From Lama glama (lineage: Eukaryota), in assembly GCA_028534125.1 (NCBI GenBank), contig CM052816.1, forward strand, positions 75,642,001-75,706,000: DNA of 64,000 nucleotides, read 5' to 3'. The first letter of the stretch is position 1; every line of letters starts with the position of its first letter. The notes under the pieces are model-generated. The model saw nothing but the letters and a program-made list of their open reading frames with translations. It made no database searches and had not been told where the DNA came from. A program made the position numbers and the translations under genes. Shown here piece by piece: positions 13,161 through 26,402 of the stretch.

Positions 13161-14764
13161 TAACTGACATACTTGTTCACAAACCACAGATATAAGTAAT
13201 ATATAAGAAATCAGTTTTTACATTTATTTTTAAGCCTGTAGCCTCTCTCTCTACACCTCGGTGAGCTCGCTGCTCCAGTGGGCCCCTTCTTCCCCTAGAC
13301 AATCTCCTGGGGCGACAGGGAAGGGCCTAGATTATGAAGCCAGACATCGGAATCTCATGCCTGGTGCTTACCAACTGCCGTCTTGGGCAATCTTTCTGTG
13401 CCTCAGTGTCCCTGTTGGTAAAATGGGAATACGAATAGTAACACCCAACTCTTAGGTAGGAGGAGTACATTGGTTAATTTTGTAAATCGCTTCAAATTGC
13501 GCTGGGCACATAGAAAGCATTATCTGTTTGTTAAACACAAAATAAAACCAATGAGTAGCTTCCAATGGCCAACCCATCTAAAATTGATGTCAATATCTTC
13601 CCAAAGCACTCACTTTCATTTCTATTTCCAGGTCCTTCTATTTCCATCTTGTTCAAAAACTTGTCCACCCCCTTTGTCATGCCAGCTCCAAGAAGACAGG
13701 CACTTTCTCTGGCATAGTCACTGCTGTATCTCCAGTGCCTAGAACAATTTCTGGCACATACTATCAGCTCCATAGTTGATGAATAAAGTAAGTGAATGAA
13801 TAAATAAACTGGGTTTTACTACCCTGTCTCTCTCTTCCTTGTAGTCATCTACTAATATGCCAAGAATCCCCATTTCTTTGATGAAAACTCTAACATCTGA
13901 GTCAGTCTTCACCTTCCCCACAATTTCTCCCATCGCCCCAGGAGAGTTTAAGCTCTAATACTGCTCCGTGGCCTCACACAATGCACCGCAGTCTCATTTC
14001 CATTGCTACCACACTAAGAATCTCTTCATATTAAAGCAAACTAAGTCTTAATCACCAAATCCAATGAAGAGTCTTCAGTTCTTCTCCTACTTAATCACTT
14101 CTCTCTAGCATTACCCTCTGTTGACTTCTCCTTCCCCTTCCATGTTACTGACTTTTTTCTGGTTCTTATCCTATCAGATTATTTCTTCTCAATCCCTCTT
14201 CTTTCACTACAACTTTATCTTTGTCACCTTTGATTTAACCACTCCCTGTATTAAATCCTTTCATGGCATCCCTTGCCATCAGGATGAAACTCAAACTCCT
14301 TGACTTTGTATCTAGAAACAATCTACATCTGTTTACCTTTCCAGTTCCTTCTTCAATCACTCAGACTAATACAGCATCTCCCCCACCCCACCACCATCAC
14401 CACTACCACTGCCCTACACCAAGAACTTCAGCTGCACTGAGCATCCATGTCAGAGTGAAACTGAAGCTTCTCCTCTTGGTGTCATTCTTCTATGTTTGCC
14501 AACCATCCTCATAGGAGACAAGGGTGGTGTACACTGAGGACGTATTTACAGTACACGGGACATCCCCAGTGAACTTTCCACTCTGCATGATGTCTCACTG
14601 CCATGACATATGGGAGAGAGACCAGAGGTAAAAATAACCGAAAGTTTGAAAAACACAAAATAGAACATCTGCTAAAATTTCAAAGGCCCTTGGAGACCAG
14701 GAATTAACCACAGAAAGAGGGTTGGAGGTAAGCTTGTAATGCACATTGCCCCCTTCTCATTTAC

Positions 14765-14875
14765 CTGAAGCCATTTTTAAGGCCTCTTCCATCTCCTTGC
14801 ATTTGTGCTTTGATAATTTAAACAAAAATTTGAAGTGTGAGGAAGCACATTTCTTCTTATCCTCTGAACTAAGAC
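14765..14875 (-). CDS. C7: C7 exon 9 (MACPF, TMH2 region)
   Basis: ccag|GT CTT...TCA G|gtaaa; 111 nt; [37 protein letters not shown]; phases match exons 8 and 10. Confidence 0.94.
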
Positions 14876-17036
14876 CTGGGGAGGAAAATGTTAAGGGTGC
14901 TTAATTTCTGCATTTGTTGACAATCTCCTCTGAGATGTTGGCCAGGTGTGAGAGCGGGGTAAGAGGTTGTTTTCTACCACTGTGGCCATATAATCAAAAG
15001 TTACATGGTATGTACATTTTCAAGTGCTCTAGAAGGGTCAAGGGTCAGAAAAAGCCACATTTTACTTTTTATTAAGCAAAATAAAATCCATGTATATACT
15101 TAAAGATAAAGCATCCTGTATCTGAAACTTACTTTCAAATGGTCCAGCCAATACTGGCTTTTATTAGCCAGAGGAGTTGGGGTACAGGGATGATTTATAC
15201 AAGAAAAGTGGAGGGAGTAGAAATTGAACACCTCAAAGAGTGTTGTCTTTAACCCAACCACAGCCAGCTTCTCAGTCATAAAGCAAATAAATAAAAGTAG
15301 ACATGCAATGACCTCCAGCCCACCCCTGGAAACCCCAAAATCTGGGTTCTGACTCTCCAGTAATTAATTCCTAAAACGCTAGTTCTAGTGCCCCAGTCTC
15401 TTCATCTGTAACATCTCTGGTTTCTACCTTTTCTTCCTATGACTCAAAATGACTATGACTATGACTTAGACTGTTACAATTTCTACTCATTATCAAATGG
15501 ATTTTTGCCACTACATTTTTTTAAAAGAGGTTAGAAAATAATAAAGAGTAGAAATATATATTTTCTTGTATAATTTTACTGACAATATTGTAACAGTGTC
15601 AATATTTCTTAAAGAACAACTGGGGACATATGTCCCAGGAGCTTTGATTAATTTTAATTAAAACTCCTAGGAAGAACAGAAACTGCTCAAGAGTAAAATT
15701 TGTACTCAAAATTTTTTTTACCAAATTTTACCGACTCAGAAAGCTTTAAAAAAAAAATCCTCTCCATTTCTTTTAAGTGTTAAGGGGGAAAAAATGGTTG
15801 TGAAACTGAGATTAGATAAAGCCACTTTCTGGATTAATTTCTAAAGAAATATTGCCTCTGTCATCACTACAAAAACTTGTGCTTCTGCATTCATTTCCAA
15901 CATGTGAGATTAGAAAAGTTCACATTCTAATTAAATCTTAATTAGTAAAAACTAAGCCCAATGGGGAAAAGGTAGCTAATGGAAACACAAAAAAATATTG
16001 TAGTTCGCCCACAATGGAAGGGAAGGCTACAGGACCTCCTCTGAATCTCATAAGAAGTCTTACTCTCCTTCAAGGTGGAAGAAGACTTGACTGAAGAGTA
16101 AGACCCCAAATGCAGAAACAAGTGTGGACATCCACTTCAGGACAAAGCCAGGAAGGAGCAGGTGTGACTTGGGATATTAATAAGCCAAAGCCAAAAGGCC
16201 TCTGGAGAGGAGGAATGGATACTAAGAGATCTCTCCCCTCCATTTAGGGGCAGGTGGTGAGGAACACCCTCTCACTGTGAAGTCAGCAAAGCATGAACTC
16301 AGTAGTGTGCCCTGATTCTAACAAAAATCAGGCAATTCCGGCAGCAACACAGCATAAGGAAAAAGGTAAGCTGACATTGGAGCCAGTGAGACTTCCTTGC
16401 AATCTATGTGCCCTTGGGTGAGTCTTATCATAGCCCTGAGTCTCCCTTTCTCAGCCTGTGGAACAGGAGTCCTAGTGGCCATCTCCCTGGGTGGTAGGGA
16501 GGATCACTGCTAACAGAGGTTACTTCCCTGTCAAGAGAAAGGCCTCCAATACATGTAAGCTATTGTCACAAGTCTTAGGCAGTAAGCAAACTTGTAATAA
16601 CCAGAGCAGATTTTTTTTTAAAGAATGTGAGTGGTAAAGAACAGAAGTAAATTTAAAAAATACTTTGTTAAAACGTTCTGATTTCTGCAATATCAGTAAA
16701 CTCCTCGTTAGTTTTCCTCAAGGAATATTACTTAATCTGAGAAACGGGGAAGATTAAAAAGTATTCTAAAAATTTAATCAACACTCTCTGGAGAAAGCAA
16801 TAATGATAATGGCTTAATTCTCATTTCAGGGTACTATCCAAAAAAATAGGCAGACTTTTTCTTGAAGCCTGGAAGATTTGGAGTAGAGTATAATGGATTC
16901 TTGCAATTTTGGATTCCTTTGCAATTTAATCTCTATTTTTCATATTTTAAAGCTCTAAAGTTTAAGTTAACTACATATTATTTTCCCCATTAAAACCCTT
17001 GCAATGCTTGTATATAACATTTTTTTAATACTCTAC

Positions 17037-17280
17037 CGAGTTCTTTGGATTTTTCTGAGTCCACATGAAATATAATTTTGTATTCTCCTCCTAAGGACCC
17101 AGACTGCAGATAATGTGTCCCATACTTGTCGATTAATCTTCGGTAGGCACTGTAGTCATACAGAGAGGGAAGGTAGGAGAGTTCCTTCCAGAATGGCTCA
17201 GCAAGTTGTAAAAATTCCGGATTGTTATTGATAAACTGAGCCACTTCAACCGTGTTCTGAACAACCAACAACTGATAACT
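17037..17280 (-). CDS. C7: C7 exon 8 (MACPF core)
   Basis: gtag|AGT TAT...CTC G|gtaga; 244 nt; includes MACPF signature [13 protein letters not shown]. Confidence 0.98.
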
Positions 17281-18534
17281 CTACAGGAAAGAAGAAAGAG
17301 TAAAAGGAGTTTTAGGCTGAAGATGAAAAAGCAATGGAAATAGTTCCCTCTCCAATGTCTCCATCAACAGACACCTCTATCAACACAGACTACATGAATT
17401 TTTATTTTTTGATGCATGATAAGGTCTCTCCTGTGTCCATCTACTTGCAGCAATCTAAGGAATTTTTGGAATCCCAGACAGGAATAACATCTGAGTGATG
17501 ACATGGTAACTTCTTTAAATATGACCTTTAAAATCCCAAGACCTAGTTGTTATGCCCTCCTCAACTAGAAAGAGAATCAACTTCATTAACTGCTAAATAA
17601 TCTCACAAATAAGGATATAATGTCCCTAGAGTGGACATCTTGACAATGACTTATAGGTAGAGTGATCATATAATTTATCTCCCATACGGGGGTATTTACA
17701 AGGTAAGCCACTTTATAATAGGGTCTTTTAAGCCCTTCCTAAGCGTCTTTGCATGATGTCCAAGACAGAGCTGACTTATACCAAATCCTCATTTATGTGA
17801 ACAATACAATATGGATAAGACAAATGTTTTTACAGCTCATATTTCCATAGTAGCCTTCTTAGTTAAGAAACAAACAAAATCTATATTCCTAGTATGATTT
17901 ATTAATCAAGTTACCCATTTTGAGAATGAGATGAAATATTCATATTGTGAATGATGATTAACCTGAAGAGTTCTTCAGTGGTAAGTGTGCATCAATTAGT
18001 ACAATCCACCTCAACCATTCAGATTGCCCATGATGAAAGCTATAGTCTCTCAAAACAACAGAGTATCTAAAATTAAGTCCTTTAACCTGCTCATATGAAA
18101 ATCTTGATATCTCCAAAGTAATAAAGTGTTTTAACATCTTTCAGTTTCATGAACCTTCTAAAAAAGACTCTTGCATTAATGTTTCAGAAGCAGATCTTAA
18201 ATGGATTTTTTAAATTGTATATGACACTTAGAACAGTCAAATCAGTAATCATGAATTAGGAATTTAGGCTACTTTTAACAAGATTTGAAAATAATAAGCT
18301 TTTTTTAAGATTTTTTAAAAAAGACCAAATACTTTAATAAGAAAATTAAAATTGTAAACAGATATATTATCAAAGCAAATTCACAAGACAAAACCATACC
18401 TTTTAAAGAAATGTATTAGATTGTTTCTTTGAAGAAGATACTATGACCTAATTAAAAAATGAAAGCTGACTCTTTTGTTAAAAAATACTTAAACCAGTAA
18501 AATATGGAAAAGCCAACTAATATTTCGTACTAAC

Positions 18535-18705
18535 CTTTGTCTTATGGATTTCATTGGTATCTGAATTGTGACTGGAAGAAAAAGATGATGAAGAAGTAAA
18601 AAGAAAACGTCCTTTACTAGACGATGTATGTTCTGTCGATGTATGTTTTACGTAAGACCAAGTACTGTTGTAAAATTCATAATTAAAATCATTATTTATT
18701 TTCAC
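18535..18705 (-). CDS. C7: C7 exon 7 (MACPF, TMH1 region)
   Basis: ttag|GTG AAA...ACA AAG|gttag; 171 nt; [57 protein letters not shown]. Confidence 0.97.
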
Positions 18706-21700
18706 CTAAAAAGAAAATGAAAAATTTTGCTATGAGCGAATTAAGGCCTTAGATATAACCAAGGATCTCTTGTCATGGCTCCTTAAACGTGAATACATTC
18801 TTCATACAATCTTCTCCAAAAGACAAAGCTCTTCATTGACATAAAACAACTGTGACTCTCCTTAAGACTAGGCCTGGATAAGCATAAGGAATAGAGCTCA
18901 TTATAATAACTACTTAATTCACTATTATAATAACTAGTTCATTATTAAAATTACTCTTCCTTAAGCAGGAGACACGGTATTAATAACAGCAATCCCATGT
19001 GATTCACAAAACACGTTTACATACAAACATCTTCCACTTCAATTTAATGTCAACATTTAGCCAGAGGTGAGCAAATTAACAAAGCTTGACTAACAGAGAC
19101 CTGCAAAGCAGTAAGTTCTTGATTTTTCATCTAACAGAGGGGAAGAGAGATGCAAATTGGGGATATGAAGCAGTTAGATCTATGGGACTTTGTTTTGAAA
19201 TGCTCTATGTGATACAGTAGTAGATTTAAATTTCTAATCCTGTTTGGCTTGAACAAATGCTAAGATTGGAATAGTTTTTTCCTGTGCTAGATGGTAGAAG
19301 AAAAAGCCATCCCAAAAGAATTTTTAAAAACACAACAGGATGGTCATATGTGGCTGAGAAGTGACAGCTCCAGCATCCATGAAGAAGACTACCATTTCTT
19401 TATCCCTTATTTTGTCCTAGATCAAGTGTCCAGATGAAATGCCCACGGAGGGCTGGCAAGTAGTATAAATGTTGGAAGCCTCCAGTGGAAGGTGGGGTAA
19501 TAAGGAAGTGAGTGCACACCCTGTCTAAAATCCATCAGACAGTTGCTATACCTAACTGTAGACTTTGGCATTAACAGGTTATCTGATTTTTCAAGAAAAG
19601 AGATAAATCTGAATCTTTACATAAAAATCTCTATTTTTTTTTGAATGATAGGCAACTAATTTGCTAAAATGTCAATCACCATGAGAATAAAATAAAACAT
19701 GCAATTTGACACTCTCTGTCTGTTCAATGTAAATATTCAAACCAGTAATTCTCATAAGTATTTGTGTTTTTATTAAATAGCCATACGCATCTGTTTGAGT
19801 TCAAAGCCTAAATAAACATGGGGAAAATTTAAATGATGAATATGATCATTTTAAAAACAAAGCTAAAAAGAAAATGACAGAATATTATGCAGTCATCACA
19901 AATGATGCCTATGAGGACAAACTATTCATGTTAAAGCAGAAATGTGGTGTCTATAAATCCTGTTAACTACAAATATGCAAGTATGTGTCCAATCAAAAAA
20001 AAGACTAGAAAGAAATTCAACAAAATGCCAGAAAATATTACATCACTTTAATCACTACCATGTTAAAAAATTAGGCATGCATGATGAAAAAAGCAACAGA
20101 AGATAAGAAAAATAGGTTTGGTCATAACTCTTATTCAAACATTATTTTCATTATATTATTAAATCAGTTTATTTCAAAATCAAATGCAAAAGCTCAGCAT
20201 TATTGACTGCAAAGAAGACATTATTAAAAATCTGTTAAAGATTTCTAGAGTCACTAGATAGTGTCTCAGTCTTAATTTGGTTTTGGAGAAACACAGAATT
20301 TAGTTTTTTCTCCCTCCTGAGAAAAAGAAGTTACCTATCTTCTTTTCAATGCAAAAAACAAATTAGCCTATTTTACCTCATCTTCAGATGCACAGTTCAA
20401 ATACTTGATTCATGATTTCTGCAAATAAGCCTCTTAGGAGCTCCTCACTCCCATGTACTCTACACATGGCCACAGGAATCATTGCTCAAGGTGGTGTGAT
20501 CTCAAATTTTCCTTAACACCCTCTTTCTTTCAGCTAAGATATTGAATTTCTCCAGACTGAATCGACCTCTGAAATCACAAAAATTCATTCATCTTACACT
20601 CTGATATCTCTTATTTTTTTGACTCTCATTCTGTTACTGCCATATCTATTTTTCAACTTCATACAGAGAAGCTCTTCAACTTATTTTCTCTTCTCTTTCC
20701 CTATCAGCATCTTCATTATTTTACTTCCTTCCTGTTGCAGTTGGGCTTCATGGTTCATGACTTCAACCATTCTCTTGCCAACAAACCTAACTTCCTTGCT
20801 GAGGTATGGTCTGCCACGATGTCTGCCAGGCAAAAACCCAACCCTTGTTCAATGCTTGCAGCCAAGCAGCTTAGCGTTCTTACAGAAAAATCACACAACT
20901 GTAGATTGATGTTACTGTAATTCCATTCATAATTTCTAACCTCAGTGGAACCCTCAGTACTTTCCAGCAATCCTCTCTCTAGCCAATTCTCTCTCTCTCC
21001 CATTCCCTACAGTATCCATTTCAAAAGTTCTGCGCCCACCTCCATTCCCCAATCTTACAACCACTTCCTTCACTTTCAGAAGATAATCTTAACCTCTTTC
21101 CTTACAAACACTCCCACTATTAGACAGTGACTTCTTACACTTCCAGCTAACAAATCTACAAACTTATGAAGATTTCTTCTCTTCCTTTCCTCCGCAGGTG
21201 TTCCTCCTCCTGTCTAAGGCTACTTTCTCTGTCTCTTCTCTGGATTGTATTCCCTCTCACCTCTTCAAAGGACTTATCCAATTGATTAATTGTTCCCTCT
21301 CTTACAGCTTCAATTTTTCTTTCTCTGTTGGCTTATTCCTGTCAACACTCTAACCCCTCCAAAAAAAACTGTGCTACACTTGTAGGGTTCAGCTCACATG
21401 GTTGTCATCTGCTACCTCTAGGATTGTGGGTAAATTATTCAGCATTCTTTGTCTCATTTTCCTCATCTGTAAAACAAGATGATGCCACCTACCTATCTAC
21501 TTAGGTTATTATAAAGAAAAAAAGAAGATCCATTTAAAGTACTTGAAACAGTGCTTAGTATATAAAGGGCTCTTAATATATGTGAGCTATTTTCATCATC
21601 ATTCAAAATTTGTTTGGTTAACAAAGTAGATTCAGAAACCTCAGATATCTAGATTCATACCATCAGAGAAAGCACAGGATCAGGTAACTAAGAATTAGTT

Positions 21701-23020
21701 AATACTGCCTTGGGAATACATTTTTGTTTTTCATTGGATATGCATAGAGGCTCTCTCTTCAAAAAATACAATGAAGTACATTCAAGACCAAATACAAGAG
21801 GATCCAGGAAGCTCTTTTCTCCACCCTAATCTTTACTCACTCCCATCTATAATTCATTACATGCTGAGAATAAACATGTTAGTCTTTCAGCGGTCTCACA
21901 GGCTGAACTAAGTGGAGTGGCACCTTTCCAAAGCGACCCTGGAGCGGGAATGTGCTTATGTTTCAAAGGCTTCCTTGTGGTATGAAAAATATGAGAAAAC
22001 AGAATGTGCATGGCATCAAAGTAAGTGTCTTATTCAATAAGAAACCGGGTTTGTCCTGGATAAACTACCCTGCTGACAACCAAAACAGAAATTATAAGAC
22101 AGGCTGACTGAGTCTTCTTTATGTTTATTTACTAATAGTTATGTTCCAACAAGCCATAAGTCACATACCACCTGTAGACAGCTGAATGCCTAGTGGCCAT
22201 CAGTGTATCTGAACTGAGGAGGACATTTACTGCCTCCATACTGACATGTGGGTTCAGCACTTCAGTGATTGACGCTGCCTCTTGCTTCCACCTCACTTCC
22301 CTCCGGCTGGATCCTCAAAACAGCTCTATTCTTCACTCAGTAACAGCCTATAATTTCCCTCTACCTCTGACAAACACCTTCAAATTCAGTGACAGGAAAG
22401 GCATTTCAGATGTCAATCGAAAAACCAAGCCATGCTGAGGAAAACGAATGTCAGGATTACGCTGTTACTAAATTATTTCTCTTCTTCAAAAGCTGCAGAC
22501 TTGCAGCATGTTTACCTTCCAACTATGTCAAAAATCCTCTCCCTTATTATTCCTTCTGCTCTGGAACTTTCTAAATTTGACCCTTGAAAAAAAAATATAT
22601 ATATACATGCAAATCTCCTCCTTATAACTAGCAACACACCCTCCTAGGAATAAAAGGAGAAAAAATTCTCAGCATACGCCTATTTCACATTCTCCTTTCT
22701 GGCCAAAGGTTAAATTATAAAACATATTTTCACAATGTAGAATTTAGAACTGAAAAACAATTTAGTACAATACATTGGCAGAGTAAAATATGGTAGGAAA
22801 GTGAAGGGCTATGAAGTCTGACAGACTAAATCCAAGCTCTCGTGCTTATTATTTCTGATGACTTGGAGCAAGTCAGCTGAAGTCCTCTGAGCCTTGATTT
22901 CTATGTATATAAAATAGTAAAGTATTAAATATTTTAATAATTAAACATTTAATAATTAAAATATTACCTTCTACAGATGTCATGAGATTAAAACTAAATA
23001 AATTGCCTAAAATAGTACAG

Positions 23021-23146
23021 GAGGGGAGGATATAGCTCAGTGATAGAGTGACTAGCATGCACAAGGTCTTGGGTTCAATCCCCAGGACCTCCATTAATTA
23101 ATTAATTAATTAATTAATCTAATTAAAAACAAAACAAAAAACAATT
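23021..23146 (+). mobile_element. tRNA-derived SINE (Vic-1-like), inserted in a MIR remnant
   Basis: A/B boxes, (TTAA)n, A-rich tail; target-site duplication aaaatagtacag/aaaataatacag. Confidence 0.88.
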
Positions 23147-24649
23147 AAAATAATACAGATACCACAGTAGATATTCAAAACTTGGTAGATATGATTATTT
23201 TTCAGATCAGTTTCACTTTCCATTTTCATGATTCAATGGCTCTTAAATGTAACTTATTCTATTGTAAGTCGAAGGATGGTGAATTTGCTCTTTATAATCA
23301 AAACTGCTTTCTGGAAATCATTAATTTTGGTAAGCAAGAGGTCCTTCCATCTGAACATCCTAATAGTTTTGGTTTACAAATTCGAAGGTAGTAAGTCAGA
23401 AGGGCTGAATTGGAAATTTTTAAGTTCTGGAAAGAAGGGAGGAAAGGAATGAGAGACGAGATCTCAGAAGAGAAGAGGAGGAAAGAGGTTAACACAGGAT
23501 GAGACCAGAAACTTCATTTTGCTGAGGTTGCAGAAGGACAGATTTTAAGCTGGAGGATGTCAACTCTTTTCATCAAATGTGTTAGCACTACTGCAACAGA
23601 CAATCTCTCCTCCGTATTCCCTCCAAATCTTCAGGAATGTCTCCTAAAGCCAGTAATGTTTTGTGTGAGTAGATTCTGTGCTGAAATCAAGGAACAGGAT
23701 GAGTTTAGGTATCTATCACAGAAACAGCCTGCGAGAAGCCAAAGCCTGCAGAGGAGACCCTGAGACATAAACAAGATATAAAAGTCTGGCAATACGGATG
23801 CTGGCAAAGATGTGGACCACAGGCCACTCTTCCACACTGCTGGTGGGGTATAGATTGATGATCTATCCCTCGTGGGAACTTCACCTGGTAAAGTGTACCC
23901 TACACATAACCGACAAAGCAGCAGTTCGAGTTCCAGGTGTGTGCCTTAGAGAAACTCTACCTGATTGGCATGGAACTCATGCACAAGAAAGTTCGAGGCA
24001 TTTTCATAAGAAAAAATTGGGAACATCACAAAAAATGCCATCTGCATTGGCGTGAATAAATTTCAAAGTGCTAATTTTGAGTGAAGGAACAAGTCACTGA
24101 TTGATTTATGTAAGTGGCAAAGAACAGGTAAAACTGAATCACAGATTTTTCTTAGGGACAGAGAGGTATGGGATAAACATACACAGAAAAACAAGGAAAT
24201 GACTAATACAAAATATAAGACAGTGGTTGCACAGGCAGCACAGGTGGAGAGGATGTGATCAGAGCAGGGTAGACGGGAGCCTTTAAGTCACTGGTAATAT
24301 TCTGTTTCTTAAGGTAGGTGATAGGCATCCATGGTTCCTGTTGGTTTCATTAGATTTCTCCAAACTGCAACCATAGGCTAGTCACACTCTTCTGTACCTC
24401 TGAAATATTTCATAATTAAAAAATAAAACCATTTTTAAGTGAAGTGACACTAGGGCAGTGATTTGGAGTTTATCACTAGTCGTGACCAGGGCCTTGGGTT
24501 TCAATGCCCATACAGGGACAGACACCATCAGGTTCTGGTCCCACATGGAGCATGGAGTTGAAAGTGAGACAAAGGGACATTTCAGCTTGAATGACACAAA
24601 TTAAAAGTATCATTGTCCTAAACCTCAGAGTTAAAGAACATGTATACTT

Positions 24650-24900
24650 AACAAACTAGTGAATATAACAATAAAAGAAGTAGACTCACAGATATAGAGA
24701 ACAAACTAGTGGTTACCAGTGGGGAGAGTTGTGTGATGAGGGAGCAATACAGTGGAGTGAAGCGGTACTACTGGGTGTCAGATAGGCTCAAGGATATATT
24801 ATATAACATGGGGCATACAGCCAATATTCTGTAATACCTATAAATGGAAAGTAACCTTTAAAAATTGCATAAAAATAAAAATTTTAATAAATAAATATTT
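24650..24900 (+). mobile_element. L1 3' end (laurasiatherian type)
   Basis: gactcacagatatagagaacaaactagtggttaccagtggggagag...A-rich tail. Confidence 0.75.
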
Positions 24901-25082
24901 TTTAGAAAAGAATATGTATTCTTTTAAAACCCATAACCCATATAACATATTTCTAAGAATTGACCACATATGAGGCCATAAGTAAATTCTCAACAAATAC
25001 TAAAAAATCAGTATCATATAAATAATGATCTCTAATAACAATTCACAGATTAGAAATAAATTAAATGATTGTAATTAAGTAC

Positions 25083-25221
25083 CTGGAATGAATAGGAGAG
25101 GATATTTCCACTCAGTCTATAGAAATGTCTGCCATCCCCACTGAATACCTTTCTGCACTGACCACCAAAACTTTTAGTGTTGAGGACTCTGCTCCTAAAC
25201 TGGCCCGTGAGTGCATTATAA
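25083..25221 (-). CDS. C7: C7 exon 6 (MACPF)
   Basis: acag|T TAT...TTC CAG|gtact; 139 nt; [46 protein letters not shown]. Confidence 0.97.
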
Positions 25222-25938
25222 CTGTTTAAAAAAAAAAAAAAGAAAGAAAGAAAGAAGAAAAGGCTGTTAAAAACCAGAAATAGCCTTGCTAAAACAGGCA
25301 TCATTAGAGAACTCTAGATATTCTTGAAATATATTACGGTTAAGCACCACTCTCTGTGAGAGCTTGAATAAAAAACAGCCCCTAAAGCACATCATATATT
25401 GCCTGACCCCCTGCTTGGTATAACAGCTAAAACTAGTAGCTGGGAAAACCCAACATCCTTTCAGCCTGAGAACATATTTGGGAAACACGCAGCCTTTTTG
25501 TATCTATGGCAACAGCTGGTTTTGAATTGAATCTATACATAAAACCAATACAATTAAGATTACTCAAGGAGAGAGGGCTCTCTACCATGAATTTCAACTA
25601 ATTGGCCTCTTAGCATACTCTTTAGAGTAATTTCACCACTTTTCTGTTAATGAATTGTATAATAGTATAGAAAGATCACATCCAACTATCACTGTAAAAT
25701 AGGTTATTTTAAAATCTTGACAATTTTTACCTTGGGTCTGACCCTTAAAAGTTTTTCAGAATTCTTTTTGAAAAGGCAAACACAGGATTGTCCCGACTTC
25801 ACTCAGAAATGGAAGGTCCCAGCTCATTTAGGCCATTACTTTTCAGCCTGAGTATCCAACATACCACGTTCTCTCTTCTCCTGTTCTCACTCTCTGGTCT
25901 CCTCATTTTCTTGAGTAGCCTCACATCATTAACCCACT

Positions 25939-26058
25939 TCTCCATCTCCATCTCCCATAGAGTGACTGACTATCCAGATTTTCCAAGCTCTGATTGGTTT
26001 CCCTGAATGCAGGAATTTCAGTGCTAAAATCAAGACAGTCCAGGGACAATTGGCCCCT
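25939..26058. mobile_element. MER96-like hAT element
   Basis: agagtgactgactatcc...tttcagtgctaaaatc...gggacaattggccc. Confidence 0.45.
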
Positions 26059-26254
26059 CCACATTTTACCACATATATTTACAGGCCCATAGATATAAAT
26101 AAAATGACTGTTTCAGGATGTGGCAAAGAGCTCTGAGCCAAAGCTTTGGCTATTAGGTGATTTGTCCTTAGACTTATCAGACCACAAAATAAAACAAAAC
26201 GAAATGAAAAACTACAGCCCATCGATGTGCACAGGAAGCTGCCCAGCACCTTAC

Positions 26255-26402
26255 CCATTTCCAGTAAGTTCTATGTTGGGAGGAGGTTGATAGAGGTCAC
26301 AGGAAGGTCTGCTTTCTGATTCCTCGCATCTGTCTTCATCAGCACTGTCTTCTTCACAGTCAGAATCCCCATTGCAAACCAAAGATTTGCTAATGCACTG
26401 AC
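26255..26402 (-). CDS. C7: C7 exon 5 (LDL-receptor class A)
   Basis: tcag|GT CAG...AAT GG|gtaag; 148 nt; [48 protein letters not shown]. Confidence 0.97.
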
